The notes below the pieces were generated by a model. That model ran no database searches and was not told where the DNA came from. It worked only from the letters and a program-made list of their open reading frames with translations. From positions 1 to 52,162 of the IMG/VR virus record IMGVR_UViG_3300043449_000682: a stretch of DNA of 52,162 bases. One strand, written 5' to 3'. Of the stretch, positions 26,285 to 36,708 are shown one piece after another; position 1 is the stretch's first letter, and each line of letters starts with the position of its first letter. A program made the translations under genes and the position numbers. This stretch comes from a virus (lineage: Duplodnaviria; Caudoviricetes).

Positions 26285-27109
26285 ATGGCACGGTTTACTA
26301 CAGCAGGTGGAGAAGGATCTGGAGCACCAGGACCACAAGGTCCACAGGGTATTCAAGGTGAACCTGGAGAAACTCCAAACCTTTCATCATATGCAGGAGA
26401 TATTCTTCCATCATTAGATAACACATATGTTTTGGGTAATTCAGATAATAGATGGAAGTCTATATCTATTGGTGAAGGAACTATTTATATTACTGACGCT
26501 ACCCTTGGAACAGAGGTCGGTCTTACTATTGACAACGGTATATTTTTTATTGACGGTATTGCACAAGCACAGTTGACAGATCTTTCTGTTACCAATTTAA
26601 CTTTTGCAGATAACAGTGTGCAGACAACTGCTTATACAGGTGCTGCTGGAGTAAGCGGTAATGGAGAGGTCACAAGATGGTCTCCAAACTTTAGAGCAAC
26701 TGGTTTAACATTTACTGGAACAGGTGCTACATACCCAACATATAATTCACACTATGTTAAGAATGGTCGCTCTGTTACTTTTTTTATTGAGATTGATATG
26801 ACTACCGTTACAAATTTCGGTACTGGACAATACATTGCAGAACTTCCATTTATGCCATTGACAGGAACAATGAATCATTTTCAAGCATGGTCACTAGTTG
26901 ATCCAGCAGTAAATCCAGATATTTCAGGACATGTGGTTTTGCAAGCAGATCATTTAGCAAATACTAAAGATCTTGATTTGCATTACTTAAAGCAAGCAGG
27001 TGGTGCAAACTCTCCACTAATGGAGGCCCTATTTAAGCAGGGTACGCCAGCAACTTTAACCACATCAAGCAAGATTTATATTAATGGTACATATATAACT
27101 GCTGAATAA
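26285..27109 (+). CDS. tail-fibre-like protein with short collagen repeat
   Basis: GPQGPQGIQGEPG; ILP.LDNTY.LG...RW; C-terminal head domain. Confidence 0.7.
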   Translation: MARFTTAGGEGSGAPGPQGPQGIQGEPGETPNLSSYAGDILPSLDNTYVLGNSDNRWKSISIGEGTIYITDATLGTEVGLTIDNGIFFIDGIAQAQLTDLSVTNLTFADNSVQTTAYTGAAGVSGNGEVTRWSPNFRATGLTFTGTGATYPTYNSHYVKNGRSVTFFIEIDMTTVTNFGTGQYIAELPFMPLTGTMNHFQAWSLVDPAVNPDISGHVVLQADHLANTKDLDLHYLKQAGGANSPLMEALFKQGTPATLTTSSKIYINGTYITAE

Positions 27110-27129
27110 TATCGTGAGATAATACAGTT

Positions 27130-27861
27130 ATGGCTGTTTCTAAATCAATGGATTTCCCAGGTGCAAAAAAATCTTCTTATGCTGCACAAGTAGAGCAAAG
27201 TCAATCAACGGGTCTGCCAGATAACACTTTGTCCTTTCTTCCTGTGCCAGGACCAGTAGGACCACAAGGACCATCAGGTAGAGACGGCAAGGATGGCAAG
27301 GAAGGTCCAGAGGGGCCAGAAGGAAAGCCAGGTACAAGAGGTGCCCAAGGACCAGCAGGTAAAGATGGAGCAAGTTCTTTATCATCTTCAGGACAGCAGG
27401 CAGGCTGGGCTTCTTATATAAATGCTTTTGATAAGCAAATAAAACTTGGCATATCTCAAGGAGATGATGGTTGGGTTACTCTTCTTCTAGACACAAAAGA
27501 CAAGTTCCAAAATGAGACATATCTTCCTAAAGGTTGTACTAGTCTTTGGAATAGCCATCAAAGAGCCCTAAACTTTCACGGTATAAAAGAAGGATCTCAG
27601 ATCTTTGTAACATACAACTTTGAACTAACAACCTATACTCCAAACACAGAGGTTTGGCTAAGGACATACTTTACAAAGAAAAATCAGGAATTTGTTCAAT
27701 TTGTTGGTTCTTTAAAGTATCAGAATGTCTACAATTTGTCAGTTACACAGAACATATTTATTGAAGACAGGGATATGTGGGCAAGTGGGGCAGTCCCACA
27801 AATTAGAACAGATTTTGATGCATCTGTAATTCTCAATTCTGTCTATGTCAGCGTGGTATAA
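27130..27861 (+). CDS. collagen triple-helix repeat protein
   Basis: (GXY)n about 14 triplets. Confidence 0.8.
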   Translation: MAVSKSMDFPGAKKSSYAAQVEQSQSTGLPDNTLSFLPVPGPVGPQGPSGRDGKDGKEGPEGPEGKPGTRGAQGPAGKDGASSLSSSGQQAGWASYINAFDKQIKLGISQGDDGWVTLLLDTKDKFQNETYLPKGCTSLWNSHQRALNFHGIKEGSQIFVTYNFELTTYTPNTEVWLRTYFTKKNQEFVQFVGSLKYQNVYNLSVTQNIFIEDRDMWASGAVPQIRTDFDASVILNSVYVSVV

Positions 27862-27868
27862 TAAAAAC

Positions 27869-28309
27869 ATGGCATTTCCAGCGACCTATGACTTTAACTA
27901 CTATAAGGGTGATACCTATGAGTTTCGTATCTACCCAAAAAAGAACGACGGTACAGTTTTTAATCTGTCGTCCTACCAAATTGAGTCAAACACATCAAGC
28001 ACAATAGATAATGTTACAGACTCTATAGCCCCATACGATAGTGCAAGGTTTACAATTTCTACCGCAAGAGGTACTGCTGGAGTAGAAAACAAAGTTAACT
28101 GTTATGCAAGAATTTGGGATGATGGAACACATGTTCGTTGTGCAATTAGACCAGAAGATTCAGCAACTCTAGTTGCTGGGACAGAATATGTCTATGACGT
28201 AGAAGTTGTTAAGCCAGCAGGCACTGCAGGAAATCCAGAGTCATATTCTCTTGTTCACACACTTTTAACTGGCAAGATAACAATTACTGATCAGGTAACT
28301 GGAGCATAG
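27869..28309 (+). CDS. putative virion structural protein (BppU-N-like)
   Basis: YYKGDT..YVYDVEV..LLTGKITI. Confidence 0.7.
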   Translation: MAFPATYDFNYYKGDTYEFRIYPKKNDGTVFNLSSYQIESNTSSTIDNVTDSIAPYDSARFTISTARGTAGVENKVNCYARIWDDGTHVRCAIRPEDSATLVAGTEYVYDVEVVKPAGTAGNPESYSLVHTLLTGKITITDQVTGA

Positions 28310-28311
28310 CC

Positions 28312-28908
28312 TTGGCAGACATACTTTTATCTAATGATGATTTAACAGTTTTTGGTGGACCAGAAACGATTAGTTTAGATTTAGATTTTGGACCAACTGG
28401 AGACCGTGGAAGCATTATCATTGGTGTTCAAGGTGATCCAAGAGAAGCAAGTGTCTCTAATGCAATTTCTCAAGATGTTCAAGCATTAGATGTTGCTATA
28501 GACTATAGTCCAAGTTCTGATACGTACAAAACAGTTTTCCAAAATGTTGCAACGCCAAGTGGAACTCAGTGGACTCCTCTTGTAAGTTTGAAGTCAAACT
28601 TTTATTCAGAAACTAAGGGACCATTAACTCCAGTAAATGGTAAGTTGACTATTTCTCCAATAAACCTTGCAAGCATATATGACATATCAGAAGGAACAGT
28701 TAGTTCTTTAAGGTTTTCTGTTCAATACTCAATATCATCACTAGAAAGCGCTGGACCACTGGCAACAAATTTAATTATAAAAGATGTAGATACTACACAG
28801 GGCTTTATTGCCCTACCGCTTGAAATAGAGGGAGTGGAATATTTAGATGGAGCATGGGTGCCTATGACTGGCGAAAAGTATGTTCATCTTTTTATTACGG
28901 TGGTATAA
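28312..28908 (+). CDS. putative virion structural protein
   Basis: Position in structural block; GPTGDRGS. Confidence 0.65.
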   Translation: MADILLSNDDLTVFGGPETISLDLDFGPTGDRGSIIIGVQGDPREASVSNAISQDVQALDVAIDYSPSSDTYKTVFQNVATPSGTQWTPLVSLKSNFYSETKGPLTPVNGKLTISPINLASIYDISEGTVSSLRFSVQYSISSLESAGPLATNLIIKDVDTTQGFIALPLEIEGVEYLDGAWVPMTGEKYVHLFITVV

Positions 28909-28927
28909 TGAAACAGGGTGATCTATA

Positions 28928-30919
28928 GTGGCAGCAGAAAATATTGACAATACCGTCGACGGTAGTGGTTTCTTTCCCACAAAAGTCCCAGGCCTTTCAG
29001 ATGCAGCAGATATTCAGGCAGCGCTAAGGCTTTACCACTATGGATCATATACATATGATGGTGCTAATACAAATAAGGTAAACCTTGTAAATCCTTCTAT
29101 TGCTAAGCATCTTCAAAACCTTGTAGATGCAGATGCAGCAGAGGTGGTAAATAGAAATTCTGCTATTTCAACACATAATGCAGATACCGCAGATGTCCAC
29201 GGGATAGCAGATACATCTCTTCTAGCAACAAAGTCTTATGTAGACACTGGAATTACTAGTGCAATTAACGGTGCAACTGGTGCATACTCAGATCTTGCTG
29301 GAAATGGCATTGACTGGAATTCCGTTGATGAAAGATTTGATATTGAGCCAAAGATTTTAAATTTTTCAACAGCAATAACAAAAAATACTTCATTTACTCT
29401 AGAAGAGGCAGATGTAAACAAGATTATCCTTTTAGACACATCCTCTTCAATGACTTTGACAATTCCGTCAAATGCTTCAGTGGCAATTCCAGTTGGATAC
29501 CAGTATAATTTTATTGAAATTGGAACAGGAAGAACAACATTTGCTCCAGACTCTGGTGTTGTCATTGGAAGCAAAAACTCTCAACTATTTTTAGATGGAA
29601 GATACAGTAAGGGAACAGTCGTAAAGGTTGCAACAGATACATGGGTTTTGTATGGAGACATATATGAAGGATCAAGTTCTGTAACCCCAGCAGTTACTCC
29701 TGCTGTAACACCAGCAGTAACACCAGCAGTAACACCAGAAGTTACTCCAGTTACTCCAGTTACTCCAGTTACTCCAGTTACTCCAGTTACTCCAGTTACT
29801 CCAGTTACTCCAGTTACTCCAGTTACTCCAGTTACTCCAGTTACTCCAGTTACTTGTGGAGCATGTGAATCGTACGAGGTTGTACAGCCAACATGTAATG
29901 GGGAGGATTCTTATGAAGGCATCTATGTTGGAACGAGAAAGACCTGCTCTGATGGTTCATACGAAATTTGTACACAGCCAACGTTTGACCGCTTTGGAAA
30001 CCTGTTAGAAGCAAATGCTGTAAGTTGTGGTGGTTCAGGAGCAGTAACTCCAGCAGCATCATATAAGATTTATGCCCTATGTAATGGCTTCTCTGATTCT
30101 TTGTCAATTAATTACACAGGAAATAATGGACAGGACAACTACCCAACACCTGGCTCTGGATATAGCATAACAACTGGTACTACTTCAAGCCTAGGTCTTA
30201 CAGATCAAGAAATTGTTGCAATTGTTGGTGTTCCTCCTGCATGTACTAACCCTTATGCATCTGTAACACCAGCAGTTACTCCTGCTGTAACACCAGCAGT
30301 TACCCCAGCAGTAACTCCTGCAGTTACTCCAGCAGTTACACCTTCTGTAACTCCTGCCACAACTTGGTATTGCACAACCAAATACTATATTAATGGACTT
30401 CCAGTAGAACAGTATGAATCTTCTACAAATGATACTGCAAACGTATGTGAAAATTATCACACAGAATGTTCTCAGTCAACTTATCCTGGAACACCATCTA
30501 GACCTCCAGCATGTAGTGTAACACCAGCAGTAACACCATCAGTAACACCAGCAGTAACACCATCAGTAACACCAGCAGTTACTCCTGTAGACTGTACACC
30601 AGTTTATTCATATAATGAATATCGTTCATCATGTGGAGGATCTGTAGCAATTTATGTAAATCCATGTACTGGGGCAGAGTCCTATACTTGTCCAGGAGTT
30701 ACCCCAGCAGTAACACCAGCCGTTACCCCAGCAGTAACACCAGCAGTAACACCAGCCGTAACCCCAGCCGTAACCCCAGCCGTAACACCAGCATGTACTC
30801 CAAACTGTCAACCAACAGGAAATTATGTCTGTGCTGGATGGGCAGCAATCTACTCATACTATGATGCCAATGGTTGTGGTGCATGTGCAAGCGTTACAGA
30901 TGACTACGGTTGTGCATAA
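28928..30919 (+). CDS. fibre-like virion protein with (VTPA)n/(VTP)n linkers and Cys-rich modules
   Basis: VHGIADTS motif, four VTP(A) tracts alternating with Cys-rich segments. Confidence 0.8.
   Translation: MAAENIDNTVDGSGFFPTKVPGLSDAADIQAALRLYHYGSYTYDGANTNKVNLVNPSIAKHLQNLVDADAAEVVNRNSAISTHNADTADVHGIADTSLLATKSYVDTGITSAINGATGAYSDLAGNGIDWNSVDERFDIEPKILNFSTAITKNTSFTLEEADVNKIILLDTSSSMTLTIPSNASVAIPVGYQYNFIEIGTGRTTFAPDSGVVIGSKNSQLFLDGRYSKGTVVKVATDTWVLYGDIYEGSSSVTPAVTPAVTPAVTPAVTPEVTPVTPVTPVTPVTPVTPVTPVTPVTPVTPVTPVTPVTCGACESYEVVQPTCNGEDSYEGIYVGTRKTCSDGSYEICTQPTFDRFGNLLEANAVSCGGSGAVTPAASYKIYALCNGFSDSLSINYTGNNGQDNYPTPGSGYSITTGTTSSLGLTDQEIVAIVGVPPACTNPYASVTPAVTPAVTPAVTPAVTPAVTPAVTPSVTPATTWYCTTKYYINGLPVEQYESSTNDTANVCENYHTECSQSTYPGTPSRPPACSVTPAVTPSVTPAVTPSVTPAVTPVDCTPVYSYNEYRSSCGGSVAIYVNPCTGAESYTCPGVTPAVTPAVTPAVTPAVTPAVTPAVTPAVTPACTPNCQPTGNYVCAGWAAIYSYYDANGCGACASVTDDYGCA
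29741..29854 (+). repeat. perfect 9-bp tandem repeat (GTTACTCCA)x12 plus partial
   Basis: Read directly; encodes (VTP)12. Confidence 0.95.
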
Positions 30920-30957
30920 AAAATATTTTATGATATACTAATTTAAAGGAGAAAAAA

Positions 30958-31329
30958 ATGACACAATTTGTATTAAAAATAGACGAAGATTTAGTAGATT
31001 TTATTTATATAGAGACAGATAAAGACGGCAATACAGTTAATGATCAAGAATCAGAGTTGTTAACTGTTCTTAGTTCAGATCCTTCTGTGGTAGACATGAG
31101 CAATTTAACATATATCCCATACCTGGATTCAGAATGGGATGGAACAGACTTTATTGATACTGAAAATAGAGATGTTGTAGATATTCAGGAGTCTAAGGTG
31201 CAAGATAAGAAGTTTGCATTTTTAGTTGATGGTAAGTATAAGTTTTTTTACGGCGTAGTAGACTCAGAAGAGAATGCAATGACTATTGCTGCTCTTTCTA
31301 GCAGCCCACAAGTTCTAATAAAGGAATAG
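30958..31329 (+). CDS. hypothetical protein with internal duplication
   Basis: LSSDP / LSSSP repeated halves. Confidence 0.75.
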   Translation: MTQFVLKIDEDLVDFIYIETDKDGNTVNDQESELLTVLSSDPSVVDMSNLTYIPYLDSEWDGTDFIDTENRDVVDIQESKVQDKKFAFLVDGKYKFFYGVVDSEENAMTIAALSSSPQVLIKE

Positions 31330-31334
31330 TTCTA

Positions 31335-31574
31335 GTGTCAGAAAACCTGAGTGCTTGGGAAAAGTATAAGCAAAATCTTGGAGATACTAGACCATGGGAT
31401 TTAGTAAACCCAAAATCACAAAAAGTAGATTCAGAGCATGCTGAGGAAAGATATCAAATATGTCTGTCTTGCCCAGAATTAATAAATTTAACAAAGCAAT
31501 GCAAAAAGTGTGGATGTTTTATGTTTGCAAAAACTAAACTAGAATTGGCAACATGCCCGTTAGGAAAATGGTAA
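31335..31574 (+). CDS. small Cys-rich metal-binding protein
   Basis: ICLSC..QCKKCGCFM..CPLGKW. Confidence 0.8.
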   Translation: MSENLSAWEKYKQNLGDTRPWDLVNPKSQKVDSEHAEERYQICLSCPELINLTKQCKKCGCFMFAKTKLELATCPLGKW

Positions 31575-32170
31575 TGAATAGAAAAGAATTAGCGCCAGGT
31601 ATATTTGTTTATTCTGATGTTATTAAAAACTTTAGTACCTTTTGTGCTGATATCGAAGAGGGTATGGTTAGTGCACGTATGGAGTGGTCTCCATCTTCAA
31701 TTAAAAGTGGTGAGACAGTAAAAATAGATACGGACTACAGAGACACAATGGCTATAACTGTGCCATATAACGAAAATATTATTGAGAATTATTCAAATCT
31801 TGCTGAGGCATTTTACTTAAGTTTGTCAAACATTTTTCTTTCAGCCTTTTTGCCAGCAGAGTTTGACTATAAATCAGAGCATAATTTGGAAACAACCTGG
31901 CATGACGGCTATAGTATTTTAAAGTATGGGAAGGGTCAGAAGTTTACAAACCATGTTGACGATCACAAAGACTACCACCGAAGAATGTCCTTGGTATATT
32001 ATATAAACGATGACTATACTGGTGGAGAAATACGTTTTCCAAGGTTTGGAATAACCTACAAGCCAAAGGCAAATGAACTACTCATATTTCCATCAACATA
32101 TGTTTACAATCACTCAGTACTTCCAGTTACAGAAGGAATTCGATATGCTGTAGTTAGTTGGTTAAGATGA
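31574..32170 (+). CDS. 2OG-Fe(II) oxygenase (prolyl 4-hydroxylase-like)
   Basis: HVD..YINDDYTGGE..HSV..GIRYAVVSW. Confidence 0.9.
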   Translation: MNRKELAPGIFVYSDVIKNFSTFCADIEEGMVSARMEWSPSSIKSGETVKIDTDYRDTMAITVPYNENIIENYSNLAEAFYLSLSNIFLSAFLPAEFDYKSEHNLETTWHDGYSILKYGKGQKFTNHVDDHKDYHRRMSLVYYINDDYTGGEIRFPRFGITYKPKANELLIFPSTYVYNHSVLPVTEGIRYAVVSWLR

Positions 32171-32742
32171 AGATAGATATGTCAATAGTACAGCAGGCTA
32201 TAGATGAAAATAGAATTCATATTTTTAAAGATGTCTTTACAGACCTTCCTTCATTAGACACAATAATGTCAGTAGTCTCTAAGTATGTTGATGAAGATTT
32301 GGCTGCTTTTCCAGAAAGATCTTATCTTTTAAATGATTTTGTTGAGGGAGAGTCTTCCGATATGAGACTTAAGTGTAGATTTTGGTCAAGAATGGCGTTT
32401 CAGTTGTTTGATCCAAAAGACTTATACATGTCAGCCATTCCAGAGTTGTCTCCAATAACAGAATGGGGTCTGTCAGAATACTCATCAAATATTTACCAGG
32501 GCAACTTCTGCCTAGTTTCTCTAATGAAAAATAGAGGGGTTGTTGGAAGCAAGCATAGAGACTATGTAGATCAGTTCCAATGGGTAGTTAAGGGTGAAAT
32601 GATCTGGCGTACTGGAGAAAATCTAGAAAATGAGTACCATGTTGTTGAGGGGGACTTTATATTTGTTCCAAAAAACCTTGCCCACGAGGTTGAAACTATC
32701 AAGGCTCCAAGAGCAGCAATAAATCTTATTTTAAGAAACTAA
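32167..32742 (+). CDS. JmjC/cupin-fold dioxygenase-like protein
   Basis: HRD..GEMIW..GDFIFVPK..HEV. Confidence 0.75.
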   Translation: MKIDMSIVQQAIDENRIHIFKDVFTDLPSLDTIMSVVSKYVDEDLAAFPERSYLLNDFVEGESSDMRLKCRFWSRMAFQLFDPKDLYMSAIPELSPITEWGLSEYSSNIYQGNFCLVSLMKNRGVVGSKHRDYVDQFQWVVKGEMIWRTGENLENEYHVVEGDFIFVPKNLAHEVETIKAPRAAINLILRN

Positions 32743-32778
32743 AAAGCACCTACCAGGTTTCCCCAATAGGTGCCTTTA
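32743..32778. terminator. hairpin between convergent genes
   Basis: GCACCTA/TAGGTGC stem with flanking A and T runs. Confidence 0.55.
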
Positions 32779-32788
32779 GTATTCATTA

Positions 32789-33352
32789 CTACTTAGGGAA
32801 TTTGCTCATCCACATTCTAGTCTTAGGGGTTATACCCTTCCAAGAAGACCAGTCGTCACCACCGCTTGTCATGTAGTATGCAATCTCTGCATTCTTTACG
32901 GGGTTGAACAGTTCGGCATTTGACTCAATGTCAAACTTGGTTCTACGATCAGGACCAAGGTCGTCAATCATATTGATTTGAAACATTCCATAAGATGAGT
33001 CACCTGTCTTATGGTTGCCGTTGTAGGCCAATGGTCGCCCATTAGACTCCTTTTTTGCTACTGCCCAAGCAACAACAAGGTCTTTACCATTGAAGCCAAC
33101 TAGGGATAGTAGTTCTTTTAGTTCTAGATCAGTAAGAGATGTTTTGTTTTCAAAACTCTCTAACTTTTTTGCCTTAGAAACCAAAAAAACCTCTTTCGAG
33201 GTGGTTTCCGATGTCTGAGCCTGTTCCAGGCTAAGATTGTTCTTAGTATCAAGACTTATAGCAGCATTGGCAGTATTAGAAAAAACACTGACAAGTGCCA
33301 CGATACTGAGTGTGCTAATGATCTCTTTGTTTCTTTCGATAAATTTAATCAT
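32789..33352 (-). CDS. secreted lysozyme-like/lytic transglycosylase
   Basis: Signal peptide, catalytic ES (AKKESNG), YGMFQIN, NPVKNA, WSSW. Confidence 0.85.
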   Translation of the reverse strand: MIKFIERNKEIISTLSIVALVSVFSNTANAAISLDTKNNLSLEQAQTSETTSKEVFLVSKAKKLESFENKTSLTDLELKELLSLVGFNGKDLVVAWAVAKKESNGRPLAYNGNHKTGDSSYGMFQINMIDDLGPDRRTKFDIESNAELFNPVKNAEIAYYMTSGGDDWSSWKGITPKTRMWMSKFPK

Positions 33353-33456
33353 AGTTTCCTCCTTAGAAAACAATAACACCCTGGTAGGTGTCTACTACCA
33401 AGTATAACACAAAATTTTATCAAAAGTCAACTTTAGATGGTGGTATAATAAAGATT

Positions 33457-34032
33457 ATGCCTAATCAATCATCTAACTATCCTAGCATGAAGTATCCTAT
33501 TTCTTCTGATCCAGTCAATGTTCACGGAGACTTTAAGGCTTTAGTTGATGCTTTAAATGATATTTTGCCACCGCTAGGAATGACAAGCGTTGCATCTCCA
33601 GTAAGAAATGGAAGTTCTTCTGCTCCAATTTTAGCGGGGACTCCAGTATTTATTTCAGGTAGTGTCTCTAATAGTGGACAACTAAAAGCAACTGTAGAAA
33701 AATATGATCCATCAAGTTCTAGTCACAACCCAGATGTTCCTATTCTTGGATTAGTCCAAGCAGATATTCTCCCTGCAGGAGCAGGAAGCATTGGCGACGG
33801 AATTGTTGTTGTATCTGGAATAATACAGTTAAACACAACTTCTCTTGGGCCAGCAGGAACAAGGGTTTATGTAAATTCAAGTGGAGCCCTTAGTGGAACT
33901 AGACCATCTACTGGCCCAGCAAGATATATTGGAGTAGTTGGAATTCAAGCAACAAAGCCGAATGGTGGAATGATAATAGTTCAGGCAAAAGGAAACGGTA
34001 CTTGGGGTGCACTCAAAGACGGTTTGTCGTGA
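33457..34032 (+). CDS. putative virion structural protein
   Basis: Leaderless start; beta-rich Gly/Ser composition. Confidence 0.7.
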   Translation: MPNQSSNYPSMKYPISSDPVNVHGDFKALVDALNDILPPLGMTSVASPVRNGSSSAPILAGTPVFISGSVSNSGQLKATVEKYDPSSSSHNPDVPILGLVQADILPAGAGSIGDGIVVVSGIIQLNTTSLGPAGTRVYVNSSGALSGTRPSTGPARYIGVVGIQATKPNGGMIIVQAKGNGTWGALKDGLS

Positions 34033-34044
34033 TATAATAAAACT

Positions 34045-34455
34045 ATGGCAAATCTAAGAGGATCTCAAACATCATATGATATAGGAAATAAACCTCCTAC
34101 AGTTATTTGGACAGTCGTCCGTGGAGATACCTCTGGTTTTAAGGTTTATGTAACAGATGACGCAAAGCAGCCACTAGTCTTAAAAGGCGAAGGATCTGAA
34201 TGGGACATTGCCATGAAAATCAAAAGACCTAATACTACTCCAGGAATTATTACAGACGACGCAACACTTGTATTGACAATAACTCCAGTGGCAGATGAAG
34301 ATGATCTTGTTGGAGAGTTTACAGTTTGGCTTACATCAGAAGAATCAGCGCAACTTGAAACAGGAGACATCTTTGATATTCAGGTATCAGACCCAACAAG
34401 AGTATGGACAGTTTGCCAGGGTAGCATGAAGATTCTTGAAGATGTAACAGATTAA
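34045..34455 (+). CDS. putative virion structural protein (BppU-N-like)
   Basis: WTVVRGDT..FDIQV. Confidence 0.7.
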   Translation: MANLRGSQTSYDIGNKPPTVIWTVVRGDTSGFKVYVTDDAKQPLVLKGEGSEWDIAMKIKRPNTTPGIITDDATLVLTITPVADEDDLVGEFTVWLTSEESAQLETGDIFDIQVSDPTRVWTVCQGSMKILEDVTD

Positions 34456-34679
34456 TGGCAACAGCAGTAATACTTGACAACTTAAAAGTTAAGACTGAAA
34501 GCATATTCCCAATAGACTATCCTGAAGTTCGGATAGAAGACTTTACAAGAAAAACAATAATTACTGAGGTTTTGCCATTTAGAGTTAAGTTTACAGCAAT
34601 TCAGATACAGGCTATTGGTTTGGGGAATACCCCAGCAATTCCTTTGCAGGTTATTGGATACAGCAACTATATTCTTTAA
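34455..34679 (+). CDS. hypothetical protein
   Basis: Coupled to upstream gene. Confidence 0.65.
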   Translation: MATAVILDNLKVKTESIFPIDYPEVRIEDFTRKTIITEVLPFRVKFTAIQIQAIGLGNTPAIPLQVIGYSNYIL

Positions 34680-34714
34680 TAATATTATTTTAAAAGAGGG
34701 GTTATAATTACAAC

Positions 34715-35161
34715 ATGGCAAAGATATCAATCCCAGGAGTTAAGAGCCTATTCCAAACAGGAGATAGACCTACTCAAGAAAACTACGAAGACCTTATTGA
34801 TACCCTTTCATCCCAGTCAACAGACCTGGGTTCAGCGGGTAACAATGAGAACACAATCACAGGTATTGAGAACGTAACTGTTATTGATAACTTTGATGCA
34901 ACAGTTTGGCGTATGGTTAAGTATATTATTTCAATATCAAAGACCACAGCAGGGGACAACAAGTTCTACGCAACTGAAATGACAATTCTCGTTGACGGTA
35001 CAGATGTATCAGTCAGCGAATACGGAACAATCGACAATGATGGGAATATTGGCACCATTAATGTCTCTCGCACTGGAAATACCGTGGCCTTAACAGTCAC
35101 TCCAGATACTGCGATCAAGCCAGTCACTGTACGTTTTGCACGTATGGGACTTAAGGCATAA
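34715..35161 (+). CDS. putative virion structural protein
   Basis: FQTGDRPTQ.. and SEYGTI motifs. Confidence 0.75.
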   Translation: MAKISIPGVKSLFQTGDRPTQENYEDLIDTLSSQSTDLGSAGNNENTITGIENVTVIDNFDATVWRMVKYIISISKTTAGDNKFYATEMTILVDGTDVSVSEYGTIDNDGNIGTINVSRTGNTVALTVTPDTAIKPVTVRFARMGLKA

Positions 35162-35178
35162 CTAAGGAGATATAAAAA

Positions 35179-36669
35179 ATGGCAACAGTAAATAAAGATT
35201 TTAAAATCAAGAGTGGGCTTATCGTTGAAGGTACAACAGCAACAGTTAACGGTCACAACATTCTTACAGAATCTACATCAGGTGATCAGTATATCCTCAA
35301 CCTTATTGGTGGAGAAACACTTGTAAAATCAGTTTCAAGCGAATTTGATGTTTCACAGGGTGGAGAACTTTCACTTGATCGTGGAGTAGTAGATGCTTAC
35401 TATGATGCAGCAGGAGATGCAGCAGCAGCACAGGCTGCAGCAGAAGCAACTGCCTCAGCAGATGCAACTTCAAAGGCTAATGCTGCACAGGCTGCAGCAG
35501 AGGCTACAGCATCAGCAGATGCTACATCTAAGGCCAACGCAGCCCAAGCAGCAGCAGAGGCAACCGCTTCAGCAGATGCAACTTCTAAGGCAAATGCTGC
35601 AGAGTCAAACGCTAATACATATACAGACAACAAGATTAACGATGCTTCAAATGCTACAGATAAGGTTTGGTCAGCATACAAGACAAGCACAGAGATTGGT
35701 CTTGCTCAGGCAGCAGCAGAAACTCATGCAGATGAAGCAATCGCTGCACTCGTCGGTGCTGCTCCACTTGTTCTTGACACACTTGAAGAGTTGGCAACAG
35801 CACTTGAGAACAATCCAGATATTATTGCTGACCTTGAGAATGTTGCAGCAGGAAAGCAGAATACATTAACTGCTGGAGCAAACATTGATATTACAGCAGA
35901 TACAATCTCTGTAACTGGTCTTGATACAGAAGATGTAGCAGAATCACCTGCTGGACCTCTTTACTTCACAAGCCAAAGAGCACTTGATGCTACAGCATCA
36001 GCATACGATGTAGCAGGAGCAGCAGCGACTGCAGAAGCAAATGCAATTGCTCATGCAGATGCGCTTACAACAGATGATGTTGCAGAAGGCATAAACAATC
36101 AGTACTTCACAAACCAAAGAGGACTTGATGCAGCAGCACAACTTTTGACTCAGGCAGAAACTACAAACATCACAATCAGTGGCACAGGCAATGGCCTTAC
36201 TATTACTGCTGAAAATGGTGTGGCAGATTCTACAACTGATGATTTAGCAGAAGGCTCTATAAACAAGTACTTCTCAGATTCCCTTGCTCTTGGTGCAATC
36301 TCTGGCTCAAATATTCAACCAGAATCAATTGACATCACATGGGTTCGTCGTGAAGAAGCAACTTGGACAGGTGTCGCAACTGCTTCAACAGCAACAGTCC
36401 ACTCATTTGGCACAAACGAGGGTAGCGTAAAGTACCTTGTTCGTGTAATTAGTGGAGGAAACTCTCATGTTACTGAACTTCTTGCAACAACAGACCAGAA
36501 CAATAACGTAGCAGTTGTTGAGTATGGAACAATCTATACCTCAGAAAATCCATTGGCAACAGCAACTATTGTCTGGGATGGACAGTCAGCGTATAACCTA
36601 AACGTAACAACAGCAAATAACAACTCAGAGGTCCTTGTAGCAGCAACATTGCTTGCTTACAATGACTAA
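35179..36669 (+). CDS. tail fibre-like protein with Ala-rich 19-aa repeats
   Basis: (AAQAAAEATASADATSKAN)x3, LDTLEELA, TDDVAEG..YFT repeats. Confidence 0.8.
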   Translation: MATVNKDFKIKSGLIVEGTTATVNGHNILTESTSGDQYILNLIGGETLVKSVSSEFDVSQGGELSLDRGVVDAYYDAAGDAAAAQAAAEATASADATSKANAAQAAAEATASADATSKANAAQAAAEATASADATSKANAAESNANTYTDNKINDASNATDKVWSAYKTSTEIGLAQAAAETHADEAIAALVGAAPLVLDTLEELATALENNPDIIADLENVAAGKQNTLTAGANIDITADTISVTGLDTEDVAESPAGPLYFTSQRALDATASAYDVAGAAATAEANAIAHADALTTDDVAEGINNQYFTNQRGLDAAAQLLTQAETTNITISGTGNGLTITAENGVADSTTDDLAEGSINKYFSDSLALGAISGSNIQPESIDITWVRREEATWTGVATASTATVHSFGTNEGSVKYLVRVISGGNSHVTELLATTDQNNNVAVVEYGTIYTSENPLATATIVWDGQSAYNLNVTTANNNSEVLVAATLLAYND

Positions 36670-36708
36670 GTTTTAAAAATAAAAAATAGTTAGAAGAAGG
36701 AGTAGTAA

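Noticed and set aside
29741-29854. Tandem repeats as a CRISPR array
   Set aside because: 9-bp units without spacers, in frame within a CDS; no cas genes. The same applies to the FGA repeat
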